Of a DNA stretch of 64,000 nucleotides, positions 36,395 through 46,038 are shown piece after piece. This stretch comes from a virus. How positions within the stretch are numbered: the first letter of the stretch is position 1; each line of letters begins with the position of its first letter. The notes below the pieces were generated by a model that did no database searches, was not told the origin of the DNA, and saw only the letters and a program-made list of their open reading frames with translations. Position numbers and translations under genes: made by a program. The DNA lies in the IMG/VR virus record IMGVR_UViG_3300007276_000043, positions 12,464 to 76,463 of that record, one strand, 5' to 3'.

Positions 36395-36939
36395 TATGAA
36401 TTTAGGATTATTCCTGCTAAAGCAACAACAACAGCATCGGCTTTATCGTCTGTTCCCGGCTTGGGATTTCCATATCTCGTAAGTTCATAATTAAAATCTT
36501 CTGGATATTCATTTTTAACCCACTCTATAACTTTCTTTTTTGTGTCTTCGCCTCTTTTGATCTTGAGACCAACGGCTCCTCTTGCTTTGTTTGCGGCGAT
36601 CAACTCGGCATCAAAACCAAATTGCTTCCTTACCATAAAAGAGATCATACCATTAAATCGCTGAAGTTTGCTCATCGTCATAGCGGTTGTTTTTCCACCG
36701 GAGAACATCATAAACGGAGACTCAATGTAAACTTTAGTGATATTGAATCTGTTCTTCTTGTTGATGTAATTATATGCATTAAGAGAAGAGAGGGTGTGTT
36801 CAACGACCAAGCACCTATCTTCCAATGAGGTTTTGTTATCTAATTTTATTGTTTCAGATTTTACGAGGTTTTTGTTAGTATCAAGTATAGATAACCCTAA
36901 TTTACTTGTGCTAACATCCAAGCCTAAAATATAATTCAT
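36394..36939 (-). CDS. RuvC-like Holliday junction resolvase
   Basis: ILGLDVST..LG, VYIE, DDKADAVVVA; start revised to ATG 36939 because the ORF-track TTG is the -35 box. Confidence 0.85.
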   Translation of the reverse strand: MNYILGLDVSTSKLGLSILDTNKNLVKSETIKLDNKTSLEDRCLVVEHTLSSLNAYNYINKKNRFNITKVYIESPFMMFSGGKTTAMTMSKLQRFNGMISFMVRKQFGFDAELIAANKARGAVGLKIKRGEDTKKKVIEWVKNEYPEDFNYELTRYGNPKPGTDDKADAVVVALAGIILNS

Positions 36940-36946
36940 AACATTT

Positions 36947-36975
36947 ATTATAACATTAAATTTATTAAATGTCAA
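36947..36975 (-). promoter_or_regulatory. Consensus sigma70 promoter giving a probably leaderless ruvC mRNA
   Basis: TTGACA-N17-TATAAT with TG extension; 7 nt between -10 and ATG; no SD. Confidence 0.88.
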
Positions 36976-38116
36976 GTTTTAGTTTAAAAGTATATTGATC
37001 TGCTTCTGTCTTGCGAACAGGAGTTGCCATTTTGGCTATTCCAATAAGGTTTTTATCTTTGTCGTAAATTCCAACTTTTGATAGATATGTCGTCTTTTCA
37101 AACTTTGGTTCTTCGTCAGTAAATGAAGAACTTACAATATTTCGTATTTCTTTTGCTTGCTCAATATATTGATATGAGCCTGTGGAAACAGATAAGGAGT
37201 CTGATGAAGAAACAAATGTTGGATTTGTTGAATGGTTAAGTTCGCCATACTTGGCATGAGCAAGCATTGTCATTGTCTGAAATTGGTTTGATCCTGAGAA
37301 CTCTAAAGAATAACTTGCCGACAAGGTGGTTAAAGCGACTGAGGCGGCATCGTGAACTCCAAATCCATAATAAATCCATTTAGAAGTCTGTGCGGCTGCT
37401 GGGTCATATTTGATTGTGGTGCTGTCTAATTCCCAACTTCCTGTGAGAGCCACAAAACCTTCGTTATAAAGAACAACACCAGCCACAGAACCTGATCCTG
37501 TTGACCCCACAGGTCCTATCTGAACCAAGTCACCATTCTCTCTATAATCACTTAGTTCGCCGATTAATGTTCCAGTTATATAATACTTTAAATTTACAGT
37601 TCCTTTTTTAATTGAAGATCCATAAAAAATAGAAGGAATTGTTATTAAATTTACTGTCTGGTTTGCTTTGTCTCCAAGGGACGAGGAATATTGATAATGC
37701 GGAGACAAATATGAATAATGGTTAAATGTATTCTCTAATGCTTTTATAGAGGCTGAATTGGAAGTTGCAGAAGCTATTATGCGGCCAATACTAGCAGACA
37801 TGCTATATGAAGAAGTAATTATATCGCCATATTGTGCTGAATTATATGAAGCAGTTGGTGTGACTTTGAAGCCGTCTTTCATGCCGTTTTTAAATAAAAA
37901 CGGATATACACTATTGCCAGCCGGTCTATCAATATTATATTCATACAACGAAATAAATCCAGCAGGCACCCCAATGTGATTTGCGGTGTTTTGCCCTGCT
38001 AAGTTCGGGAAATTATTAATATATACTGTTCCACTTTGAATGTAAAACTTATTTTGCGGGTAAGCCTCAACAGTGTTTAAAAACAGATCGTCTTCTTCAA
38101 ATTTATAAAAAGCCAT
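36965..38116 (-). CDS. Virion structural protein (tail/baseplate), 383 aa
   Basis: C-terminal N.STNPTF...YLSKVGIYD..NLIGIAK...KLDI; paralog of the 364-aa gene. Confidence 0.65.
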   Translation of the reverse strand: MAFYKFEEDDLFLNTVEAYPQNKFYIQSGTVYINNFPNLAGQNTANHIGVPAGFISLYEYNIDRPAGNSVYPFLFKNGMKDGFKVTPTASYNSAQYGDIITSSYSMSASIGRIIASATSNSASIKALENTFNHYSYLSPHYQYSSSLGDKANQTVNLITIPSIFYGSSIKKGTVNLKYYITGTLIGELSDYRENGDLVQIGPVGSTGSGSVAGVVLYNEGFVALTGSWELDSTTIKYDPAAAQTSKWIYYGFGVHDAASVALTTLSASYSLEFSGSNQFQTMTMLAHAKYGELNHSTNPTFVSSSDSLSVSTGSYQYIEQAKEIRNIVSSSFTDEEPKFEKTTYLSKVGIYDKDKNLIGIAKMATPVRKTEADQYTFKLKLDI

Positions 38117-38132
38117 TTATCAACCTCTCTCT

Positions 38133-38140
38133 TAAATAGT
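38133..38140 (-). promoter_or_regulatory. Putative late-promoter octamer ACTATTTA
   Basis: Intergenic, upstream of the 383-aa gene. Confidence 0.65.
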
Positions 38141-38162
38141 TTTATTGAGGTTTATTGCTAGA

Positions 38163-39257
38163 TCAGTAATCCAATCTAACACGAATGGTAAATTCGTTAT
38201 CAGGAGTCTTCTTAAGGGGTTCAGATAATTTAGAAACAGCCATCAACTCATTGTTGTCGCTATAGAGACCAACAGTAGTGATATATGAAACAGGCAGATC
38301 TGTTGTTTTTGTCTTTACTCGAATTTTACTTCCACTCAAATATGTTGGGTTAGAAGAATAATTGAATTCATTATGATTTACACGACAGAAATACACTGTT
38401 GAGTTTAGTTCTACTGTGTTGTTGAACTGTAGGTTATATAAACGTGCCCTGATTGCATCGGCGGAACCTGATATACTAGATCCGGTAATAAATTGAAACC
38501 CTGTTGGGCCAGTAGAATAGCCCATCTGGACAGACCCTGAAGTATTGCTTATAATTCCACCTTGCGTTGCTGAATTGAAAATAGACCCTGATATAACTGC
38601 TACTCCAGCTTGGTAAAATAATAATCCAACGGGGTAACTTTTATTTTCTGCTAATACTTTTATACCGGCACTTTGTGTTGCAAATAAAATACCATATTCT
38701 CCAACTGGTGAATTAACCAAATAGCCGCTTGATCCACTTGCATCAGTTAACTTGATTCTTGAAGAAAAAGCAGTTCCATCTTGTGCGAAAGTTCCCGATA
38801 CTCCTAGCTCCAATTCAAAAGATCCTTTTTTAATCTCATCCTTCGTCAGTAAACGAGAAAAATTCATAAAGAAAACATTTTTTTGCTTTGATCCACCAGC
38901 AAGCAAGTCACCATCCTCATCAAATTGCAAAATAGAACCAGTCTGATCATATCCCATAAGGACCTGGGACATCTGATTGTAAATATTAATCTTCTTTGCA
39001 TTTTGTGTGTTTGCCGAGGCAGATAATCCTGAATCGTTGGAATAGCCAGCGGTTAAATCAAAAATATGATTAGCTGAGGAGCTTAAAAAAGGATAATCAT
39101 AGACTGATTGAAACATTCCGTGTGAATAGTCTTTAATATTGGAAACACCATATGTACCAGAGACTATAGTTCCAGTTAAAGGAATAGCTTCATGAAGAAG
39201 TGTTCTTGTATTAACAATATCGTTAGATTGATTTAATGATTTATAAAAATTGGCCAT
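38163..39257 (-). CDS. Virion structural protein (tail/baseplate), 364 aa
   Basis: C-terminal EFNYSSNPTY...YITTVGLY..NELMAVSKLS.P..K...RLDY. Confidence 0.65.
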   Translation of the reverse strand: MANFYKSLNQSNDIVNTRTLLHEAIPLTGTIVSGTYGVSNIKDYSHGMFQSVYDYPFLSSSANHIFDLTAGYSNDSGLSASANTQNAKKINIYNQMSQVLMGYDQTGSILQFDEDGDLLAGGSKQKNVFFMNFSRLLTKDEIKKGSFELELGVSGTFAQDGTAFSSRIKLTDASGSSGYLVNSPVGEYGILFATQSAGIKVLAENKSYPVGLLFYQAGVAVISGSIFNSATQGGIISNTSGSVQMGYSTGPTGFQFITGSSISGSADAIRARLYNLQFNNTVELNSTVYFCRVNHNEFNYSSNPTYLSGSKIRVKTKTTDLPVSYITTVGLYSDNNELMAVSKLSEPLKKTPDNEFTIRVRLDY

Positions 39258-39268
39258 GTTTTACTCTC

Positions 39269-40210
39269 TTATGAAATAACTGCTTTAATAAAGCGTATTG
39301 GGATATCGATAGTATATCCAGTTGACATTCCGGTGGCTCTAACCATAGTGTCTATAAAATTAACCACCGAAGCACCCGATGCCTTGTTTGTCATACCAGC
39401 GGTGCCACCAAGCTGAGTGAACAAATAGGTACTCGTATTTAAGTCCAAACTTGCTCCAATTTTAAATTCTAATTTTGTACCTCTAGGTCCAGCGATTGTT
39501 TGTGAAGTAGAATTAGAGTCGTCTAGGTTATCAGAAACCACATTGTCACTCGAATCAACGGTATAAAAAGCGATATTGTCGTCATCAATATAATCAGCAG
39601 CAACTCTATTTCCATTACGATCAACAATATATCCCATTCGATTATCAATTTGAATTATATATGAACTTTCAATCATATCGCTTATTGAACTTCTTTGTTT
39701 TGGAGATATTTCTGTTGTATCTAAACCCTGGTCTATTCTAATATAATTTGAATCCTCAAAGGATTCTCCAAACAAAATACCTTGAACCTGGTCTGACCCT
39801 ATATAGCCAACGGCAGAGGTTGTCCCAGCGGCATCTGTTCCTTCTGTTGAGCGATCAACAGCGACCATGAATGCACCAGAAGTATGTGTTTTAGTGTTTG
39901 TAAGATTTTGATTTAATTTTAAAACTGGTAAATAAAGCAAATTTGTATTCGCAATTGTGACAAGTTTTGTTTTCATTGAAGAACCATTATTTGTAAATGA
40001 TTCAAGAACTGGCGTTTGCAAGATTTCCAAATCGTAATATGCTGAACCTGATGTTTGGTTTGGATTATAAAGAGTATAATTAATCTCTTCGTCTCCAAGG
40101 GCAAATTTTGTGATTCGGAAAGATCCATCGCCCTTTGAAAGAACCTTTCTACCGTGATCGGTTAAAACCGCATCAAGTATTATATCACCACTGTTGTCTA
40201 AAAAAGCCAT
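39269..40210 (-). CDS. Virion structural protein, 313 aa
   Basis: DAVLTDHGRKVL...ITKFALGDEEINY N-terminus; GGAG SD; upstream octamer. Confidence 0.65.
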   Translation of the reverse strand: MAFLDNSGDIILDAVLTDHGRKVLSKGDGSFRITKFALGDEEINYTLYNPNQTSGSAYYDLEILQTPVLESFTNNGSSMKTKLVTIANTNLLYLPVLKLNQNLTNTKTHTSGAFMVAVDRSTEGTDAAGTTSAVGYIGSDQVQGILFGESFEDSNYIRIDQGLDTTEISPKQRSSISDMIESSYIIQIDNRMGYIVDRNGNRVAADYIDDDNIAFYTVDSSDNVVSDNLDDSNSTSQTIAGPRGTKLEFKIGASLDLNTSTYLFTQLGGTAGMTNKASGASVVNFIDTMVRATGMSTGYTIDIPIRFIKAVIS

Positions 40211-40244
40211 TAATGAACTCCCAAATATGTCACTTTTCTCATAA

Positions 40245-40252
40245 TAAATAGA
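40245..40252 (-). promoter_or_regulatory. Putative late-promoter octamer TCTATTTA
   Basis: Intergenic, upstream of the 313-aa gene. Confidence 0.6.
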
Positions 40253-42100
40253 TTACACAGAGAAATCTTCTTCACTTTCTTCTTTTATCAAGTTAACTTT
40301 AACATTAAAATCTATAATTTTTCCGCTATCGTTTGATCTCACTCTAAATTTAAACTTTCTTCCCCAAATTTTATGAGCCAATTCTTCAATCCCTTCTGTA
40401 TTTCCAAGACTTGCTGATTGAAGTTGTTGTTTGAACGTTGGAATAAAACCATCATTGTTTCTAAAATTTTCAATATTAAAATAAATTTGTTGTTCTGCTG
40501 CCTGCAACTGCAATAGGCTCCTAAAATTCAAATTAGAAGAGTTTGGAATTAAATTCCTTTGTTCAGTAATTAGGATTGAGTTTACTAAAACTCTCGAATC
40601 ATCAGCGTCTTTTAACAATTCAACTTCATATGCAGCACTTGGGTTGGAATATGAACCAAATTCATTAATCGTTCTAAAAATATAATAATATTTTTTATTT
40701 GGACGTATGTTATCCAAAACAACCATATTTTCAGTCATATCAAGATTTTGAAATGTACCTATTAGATTATCTGTGAAATCATCATATATCGTTGGTCTCG
40801 TAGAAGTTCTGTAAATCTGAAATCTTGCGGATTCTTTTCTATATTTAAACTGTACTTCTCCATTTGGCAAATTATAGTTTGGTCCAATTTTATTATTTAA
40901 TATCGAAAATGAGGATAAATCAGCCTGTTCTTCGCCTTTTTGTAATTCTAAATAAATCTTAACTTTTCCTTCTGAGGACATTTTGTTGTGAAATGATACA
41001 AAAGGTGGTAATGGAGGTGCCGGTATGTTTATCAATGTATTTTCAAAAATAACTACATTATCTAATCTTATTTTAGGTCTAACATTGACCACACATTCGC
41101 CAGAGTCACCATTATCAACAACATCACTAAAGAAGTATTCTTGTCCTATAACAGCATAATAAGCAGTAGCACGATAATAATATGTTTTATTTTCTTTAAT
41201 CTGGGTATCGATGAAGAGCTTATTTTCTTGTGTTGCAGCCATAAAGAAAACCTGATCGGGTGTTCCAACCGCTGTTTCCGAAAACCACTTCTCTACTCTA
41301 AAGAAAAGATATTCATTTGCATTTTCATCACCTTTAAATATATCAACATAGTCCATTGAGTTTTTTGAAATCGTTTTTCTTATTTGACCAAAGACTTCTT
41401 GTTGTATTATATCATATGAAAGATCAATAGGTTTATTTGATATTGGATAATATGCATCAACTGGGAAAGGGTAATTGAAATTGTCTATAAATGATTTCAA
41501 CGTTAAATCTTCTTCATTTGTTAGTCTAGAAACAGAATTTGAATAGTGTCCAAAAAGCACCATGAACCTTTCATATATGCTAAATCCATATCCCAATCTA
41601 TCAGCTTCTTGAATGTGATTAGAGATTTGACCATCGGTTGGATAAGTCATATATAATATATTAGAGAACTGATATTTGCTAAAATCTGCTTCTGGGTTTC
41701 CTATTAATGGTGTATTGCTATTAAAAACAATATTTCTTTGATTGGTAGAGCCTTCTTCTCTGGTGTAAAATAAGGGCAATTCTATTTCATCTGCCGGGTT
41801 TGGAGTTGCTTCAAAAAATCTATTTGTTGTAAGTGAATATGTCGGAGTTCCAGAAGGAGTTTCGGTATCAATTTCTTGAGGAGTAATTGGCTCCAATATA
41901 CTTGAATTAAAATAAGTTATTATTTCACCAGGCAATAAATCTATTGCGTTTTGTTCTTCAGTTTTGGTAAACTTTATTTTTGTTGTCTTATGATAAACAT
42001 CACCCATATCAGCCAAATTTAACTGCCCTATTTCAAGTATAGAGAGAGTCTCGTCCTTAAATGGATCAGTGCCTGGTTCATTTATAACAATCTTAGACAT
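40253..42100 (-). CDS. Hypothetical virion protein with FN3-like segments
   Basis: FIDTQIKENKTYYYR and DNIRPNKKYYYIFR; start revised to ATG 42100 (GGGGGA SD). Confidence 0.55.
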   Translation of the reverse strand: MSKIVINEPGTDPFKDETLSILEIGQLNLADMGDVYHKTTKIKFTKTEEQNAIDLLPGEIITYFNSSILEPITPQEIDTETPSGTPTYSLTTNRFFEATPNPADEIELPLFYTREEGSTNQRNIVFNSNTPLIGNPEADFSKYQFSNILYMTYPTDGQISNHIQEADRLGYGFSIYERFMVLFGHYSNSVSRLTNEEDLTLKSFIDNFNYPFPVDAYYPISNKPIDLSYDIIQQEVFGQIRKTISKNSMDYVDIFKGDENANEYLFFRVEKWFSETAVGTPDQVFFMAATQENKLFIDTQIKENKTYYYRATAYYAVIGQEYFFSDVVDNGDSGECVVNVRPKIRLDNVVIFENTLINIPAPPLPPFVSFHNKMSSEGKVKIYLELQKGEEQADLSSFSILNNKIGPNYNLPNGEVQFKYRKESARFQIYRTSTRPTIYDDFTDNLIGTFQNLDMTENMVVLDNIRPNKKYYYIFRTINEFGSYSNPSAAYEVELLKDADDSRVLVNSILITEQRNLIPNSSNLNFRSLLQLQAAEQQIYFNIENFRNNDGFIPTFKQQLQSASLGNTEGIEELAHKIWGRKFKFRVRSNDSGKIIDFNVKVNLIKEESEEDFSV

Positions 42101-42101
42101 A

Positions 42102-43094
42102 TCAATATCCCCCCGTTGTTGGAGTTGTAGTTGAGGCTGGGGCGGTAGCAACAGGGCTGCCTACGGTACCACCGCTGCTGTCGCTTGGTGCTGTAAATCC
42201 GCCGCTTCCATCATTCGGTCTTGTATAGCCAGCAGTTCCAGTTTGAGCAACAATATTGGAAGTTGATCCAATCACATCATAATCTTTAGAAATATAGTGC
42301 TGAACTGATATGTTCTTTATTTCCCTTTCTTGATTGCTTGGTCTTACAGTTTGTGTAATGGAATTTTCTGGCTGTATGAAAAAATATTGCCCTTCAATTG
42401 GAAAAGATAGCAAGTCTCTTTTTATTTTTAAATTATTGTTATAATATCTCTTTAACCTGCAAAGTGTTGTCGTGGTTAAAGAATCAATATCACCTTTTTT
42501 TAAAAGTTTAAATTTTGGCTTATTAATCATAATTTCACCTTCTTTGGACATTTCATATCCGTCAAACATTTCAACTTGGACCAACTTAAAATGATTTACA
42601 TTCATTGCGGCTTGGGTTTTTAAGTTCTTAATTAAATCTCCAGTGGGGTTGCCTTTCAGTTTTTTGACAAATTCTAATTGATATAAAAATAATGCTTTTA
42701 TCTGATTTGGTAACTCGGCTAAAAATTCAGTGAATTCTCTTTTTGTTAAATTTTCATTTGCTAATGCAATAAAATTTTTCTCAAATTCTAAGTTATAGTC
42801 TCTTCCTTTTGAAATATTTATATCAGGTGGAGTGTTAAAGTTTTCAGCCACTTCGGGGGATACCTCAGTAGTAGAGGTATCAAATGCTTCATTTTCATCA
42901 CTAATAAAAGAGTATCTTACAAATAATGAATTATCTCCCAAGAACTCACTGGATTCAATAAAGTCTTCAAACTGACTCACAGACACAGTTTTCGTGCTGA
43001 CTGCTTCTATTGCTTTGAAATTTTCACTATTTTGTGTTATCTCAGAAACAACCAATTTTTCTTGCGGAGTTGATGATGGACTTTTAGCTGGCAT
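42102..43094 (-). CDS. Hypothetical protein
   Basis: AAGGAG SD; Thr/Gly/Pro-rich C-terminal tail. Confidence 0.6.
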   Translation of the reverse strand: MPAKSPSSTPQEKLVVSEITQNSENFKAIEAVSTKTVSVSQFEDFIESSEFLGDNSLFVRYSFISDENEAFDTSTTEVSPEVAENFNTPPDINISKGRDYNLEFEKNFIALANENLTKREFTEFLAELPNQIKALFLYQLEFVKKLKGNPTGDLIKNLKTQAAMNVNHFKLVQVEMFDGYEMSKEGEIMINKPKFKLLKKGDIDSLTTTTLCRLKRYYNNNLKIKRDLLSFPIEGQYFFIQPENSITQTVRPSNQEREIKNISVQHYISKDYDVIGSTSNIVAQTGTAGYTRPNDGSGGFTAPSDSSGGTVGSPVATAPASTTTPTTGGY

Positions 43095-45090
43095 TTGACT
43101 TCTCCTTTTTTATTTCAGAATTTGGCTTGCTCATTTCTTCAGTAACATTTTTCAAATCTGCTGGTTTTTGTCTTCCAACTTTAAAAACATTTGTATCAAA
43201 TGTCGGATTAAATATCTTATTTACTTCTTCTAATTTGATTGTTGATATATCTTTTAAATTAGTTGATAAATCTTTACCAAAAACCATTAAGTTTGGGCTT
43301 AAAAAAGAATATAAATTTTCCTGTAGGTCTAAAAGTTTTTCGTAACTCTTTGGGACCAACTCAGTATCCTTGTCGCTTGGAGAGGAATTGAAAAATTTAT
43401 TAAATTCGTTATTTGCACGATTTTCAAATTGACTACTCTGTAGTATGGCTGCGCCTTCACCAGTATTCATATTCATATAGTTATAAGACATTGAATAATT
43501 TTTTAAAACAACCGCCTCTTTGAAAAGATAATCTAAAAATATAACGTTTCTACTGTTTGGTGTATTAACAAACGCCCTTAGCGAGTCTGCCTGTGTATTG
43601 TTGTTGGACAAATCAAATGAACTTTCAAAATCTCTTGCTAATTTAGATAAATCCTCGCTAAAACCTCTCAAAGAAAAAAGAGTTGCATTTCTAGGGTCAA
43701 CTTTTGTAGATATAGAGTTGGTTAAATCCCGTTTGTTCTTATTTGATAATTCATATAAATATGAAAAAGCACGAACATAAACTTCATTAGCAGTGGACCA
43801 AGAGGGGCTATCTGGGTCGCTTATATTAAAATCGTTAAATTGTGATTCATATAATCTTGATTTTGTACGATTCAAATCAAAATCATAGTTTTTACTTCTC
43901 TCAACCATTGTATAATAATCGCTTATTTCTTTCTCCGAGATTCTCAAATCGTCTATGATGTTTGAAACAAAATCAACCGTAGGATCTTTGAAAGTTAAAC
44001 CTAAACGATATTGATAGCGACCCAAAGAAGTTTTGTCTACTGTTTTATCTGTAAATTGAAACATTCTTATATCATTTTGTCCAGTATTTATTTCACTAAT
44101 CAATCCAAAATCCTCTTCTACAGAATCTATTTGAAAGCCCTGACCTGATGAGAATGTCTTAACTATAATGGCAGTTTCATCGACATCCATTCGTTTTCTT
44201 GTAATTTGTAGATTTTTTATTTTAATATTGTTGATATTTTCTGAGATTGCTTGTTGGCTCAATGTTCTTAAAAAATATCCATATTTTGTATTATAAAGAA
44301 CCAAATTCTTAAAGTTTATTGAAAAAATACCAGTTACATTTCCTTCATTATTGATAGAGTATTTTAAATCACTAAACGAGGAAACCTGTTTTTCTCCGAT
44401 TGCTTTTGGCGAATCAAATTGTTTTTTTCTGAAATCTTTAATTTTAAAATTGATAATATCCAAGGTCGTAAGTAAACTATGTTCTTCCTCAATATGCCTT
44501 GGTCCAACCATATATCCTTTCTCTGGGTGTAAGTGCACTGGGCCGCTGTATTGTTCTCCAGTTGGTAACACAAAAACAGTCGCTGTGGATACAGCACTTC
44601 CCAAATCAATAACCGAATCAGAAGCAATGTTTCCATAACGGCGAACAGCACCTGAGAAGTCTAAATTTGCTGCTTGTAAAATTTCGGACATTTCAAAATA
44701 AACAGAACAAAATACTTTAACTTGTTGTTCTTGATTATTAAATTTTACATCATAAGAGTCTATAAATCTAACATTGTCTTCGGAATTTACTTGATTAAGG
44801 GACTTTGCCGGTCTGGAAATGATTTTAACCGATTCGTCTTCACCATAGTTTGAAATTAAAAAGTCTTTATCAAATTGAATTTGACCTAAAGTAATATTAT
44901 CGTTCAAGCCAACATTTGAAGATATAACCATAAGAACTCTCATGTGTTGTGAGGTCTCTGGTGTAGACCAACTATTGTTATCTTTTGAGTCACCGATTAC
45001 TGTTGTGACCTTTATGCTCATTTCTTCATTAGAGGCATCGAATAAATCTATTTCTTTTATAAAAATATTTGGTATTTGTCCTTTGCTCAT
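43084..45090 (-). CDS. Hypothetical protein with His-cluster motif
   Basis: Long ORF; TAATG coupling at 45090; YSGPVHLH...MVGPRH....H. Confidence 0.6.
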   Translation of the reverse strand: MSKGQIPNIFIKEIDLFDASNEEMSIKVTTVIGDSKDNNSWSTPETSQHMRVLMVISSNVGLNDNITLGQIQFDKDFLISNYGEDESVKIISRPAKSLNQVNSEDNVRFIDSYDVKFNNQEQQVKVFCSVYFEMSEILQAANLDFSGAVRRYGNIASDSVIDLGSAVSTATVFVLPTGEQYSGPVHLHPEKGYMVGPRHIEEEHSLLTTLDIINFKIKDFRKKQFDSPKAIGEKQVSSFSDLKYSINNEGNVTGIFSINFKNLVLYNTKYGYFLRTLSQQAISENINNIKIKNLQITRKRMDVDETAIIVKTFSSGQGFQIDSVEEDFGLISEINTGQNDIRMFQFTDKTVDKTSLGRYQYRLGLTFKDPTVDFVSNIIDDLRISEKEISDYYTMVERSKNYDFDLNRTKSRLYESQFNDFNISDPDSPSWSTANEVYVRAFSYLYELSNKNKRDLTNSISTKVDPRNATLFSLRGFSEDLSKLARDFESSFDLSNNNTQADSLRAFVNTPNSRNVIFLDYLFKEAVVLKNYSMSYNYMNMNTGEGAAILQSSQFENRANNEFNKFFNSSPSDKDTELVPKSYEKLLDLQENLYSFLSPNLMVFGKDLSTNLKDISTIKLEEVNKIFNPTFDTNVFKVGRQKPADLKNVTEEMSKPNSEIKKEKSNAS

Positions 45091-46022
45091 TATTCGCAAT
45101 CCTCGATGTCTTCATCAGTAACTAATGTTTGATATATATTTACTTCGCCGTCTTGTATGTCTTCACATTTTATATCCAATCCTAAGTAAATATTTTTTTC
45201 TTTAAGTTTTGATATACCCTGGCATAAATCAGAATTAGGTATTTCTCTATCTCTTGATATATTGAAATAGTTTTCAACACTATTTTCGTCAACTATGAGA
45301 CCCATGACGGTTGATTCTGCGGAAAAAGGCGACTCTTCTTTTAAAATATCAATGTCTTTTTCTTGATTATCTAATGCAAAAATAAGTTTATCAAAAGTGA
45401 CTTCATCATAATCATATTTAAACACTTCTATTGAAAGAGAATCTTTATAAGAGAATCCATTTTTCTCCAATAGGTGCAATAATAATTGCTCTTTTTCTAA
45501 TTTTAAAAATGTATCGTCTTCTGCGACTTCTGAGGATTCATAATCCATACTAATATATGCATCTCTGCTTAAATGTGCCAAAGACATAGTGAAATTCAAC
45601 TCACACTCTACTTGAGGGACATTATAAAGGGGACTTGTTGAAGAAGAAATATAACTATTTGAAGAACTAAATTCTCCCAAAAGTGCGGTTGCTTCCCAAC
45701 CATTCGCTTTTTTAGAAGAAGGCTTATTGGTTCCAATAGGATATATTAAAATATTATCGTCTTCTGTTGTGTTTTGGTCGTAATATTTGCTTTCAACACC
45801 TGTTAAAGTTGTCTGTGGTTTTAGGCTTGGTGTATCAGTTAAAATTCTAACTTTTGTTTGTGTATTATTCTCGGAAAATCCACCGGCTTGAGTATCATAT
45901 AAAATGTCATCATCAAAAAAAGCATAATATTCAGGCTTGAGTTCACCCTTCATTAAAAGTTGTCTTCCGTGCGGAGTCAACTCAATCTTTATTACGTCTT
46001 CTTTTTTATTGAAAAATGTCAT
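45090..46022 (-). CDS. Virion structural protein, 310 aa
   Basis: IELTPHGRQLL...YYAFFDDDILY N-terminus resembling the 313-aa gene; GAGG SD. Confidence 0.6.
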   Translation of the reverse strand: MTFFNKKEDVIKIELTPHGRQLLMKGELKPEYYAFFDDDILYDTQAGGFSENNTQTKVRILTDTPSLKPQTTLTGVESKYYDQNTTEDDNILIYPIGTNKPSSKKANGWEATALLGEFSSSNSYISSSTSPLYNVPQVECELNFTMSLAHLSRDAYISMDYESSEVAEDDTFLKLEKEQLLLHLLEKNGFSYKDSLSIEVFKYDYDEVTFDKLIFALDNQEKDIDILKEESPFSAESTVMGLIVDENSVENYFNISRDREIPNSDLCQGISKLKEKNIYLGLDIKCEDIQDGEVNIYQTLVTDEDIEDCE

Positions 46023-46038
46023 TGTTTATTCCTCATTA

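Noticed and set aside
36940-36975. ORF-track N-terminal extension of RuvC (and similar extensions at 5765, 13702, 42151, 45099)
   Set aside because: Extensions overlap promoter boxes or upstream genes; downstream ATGs have better SD, coupling or paralog alignment
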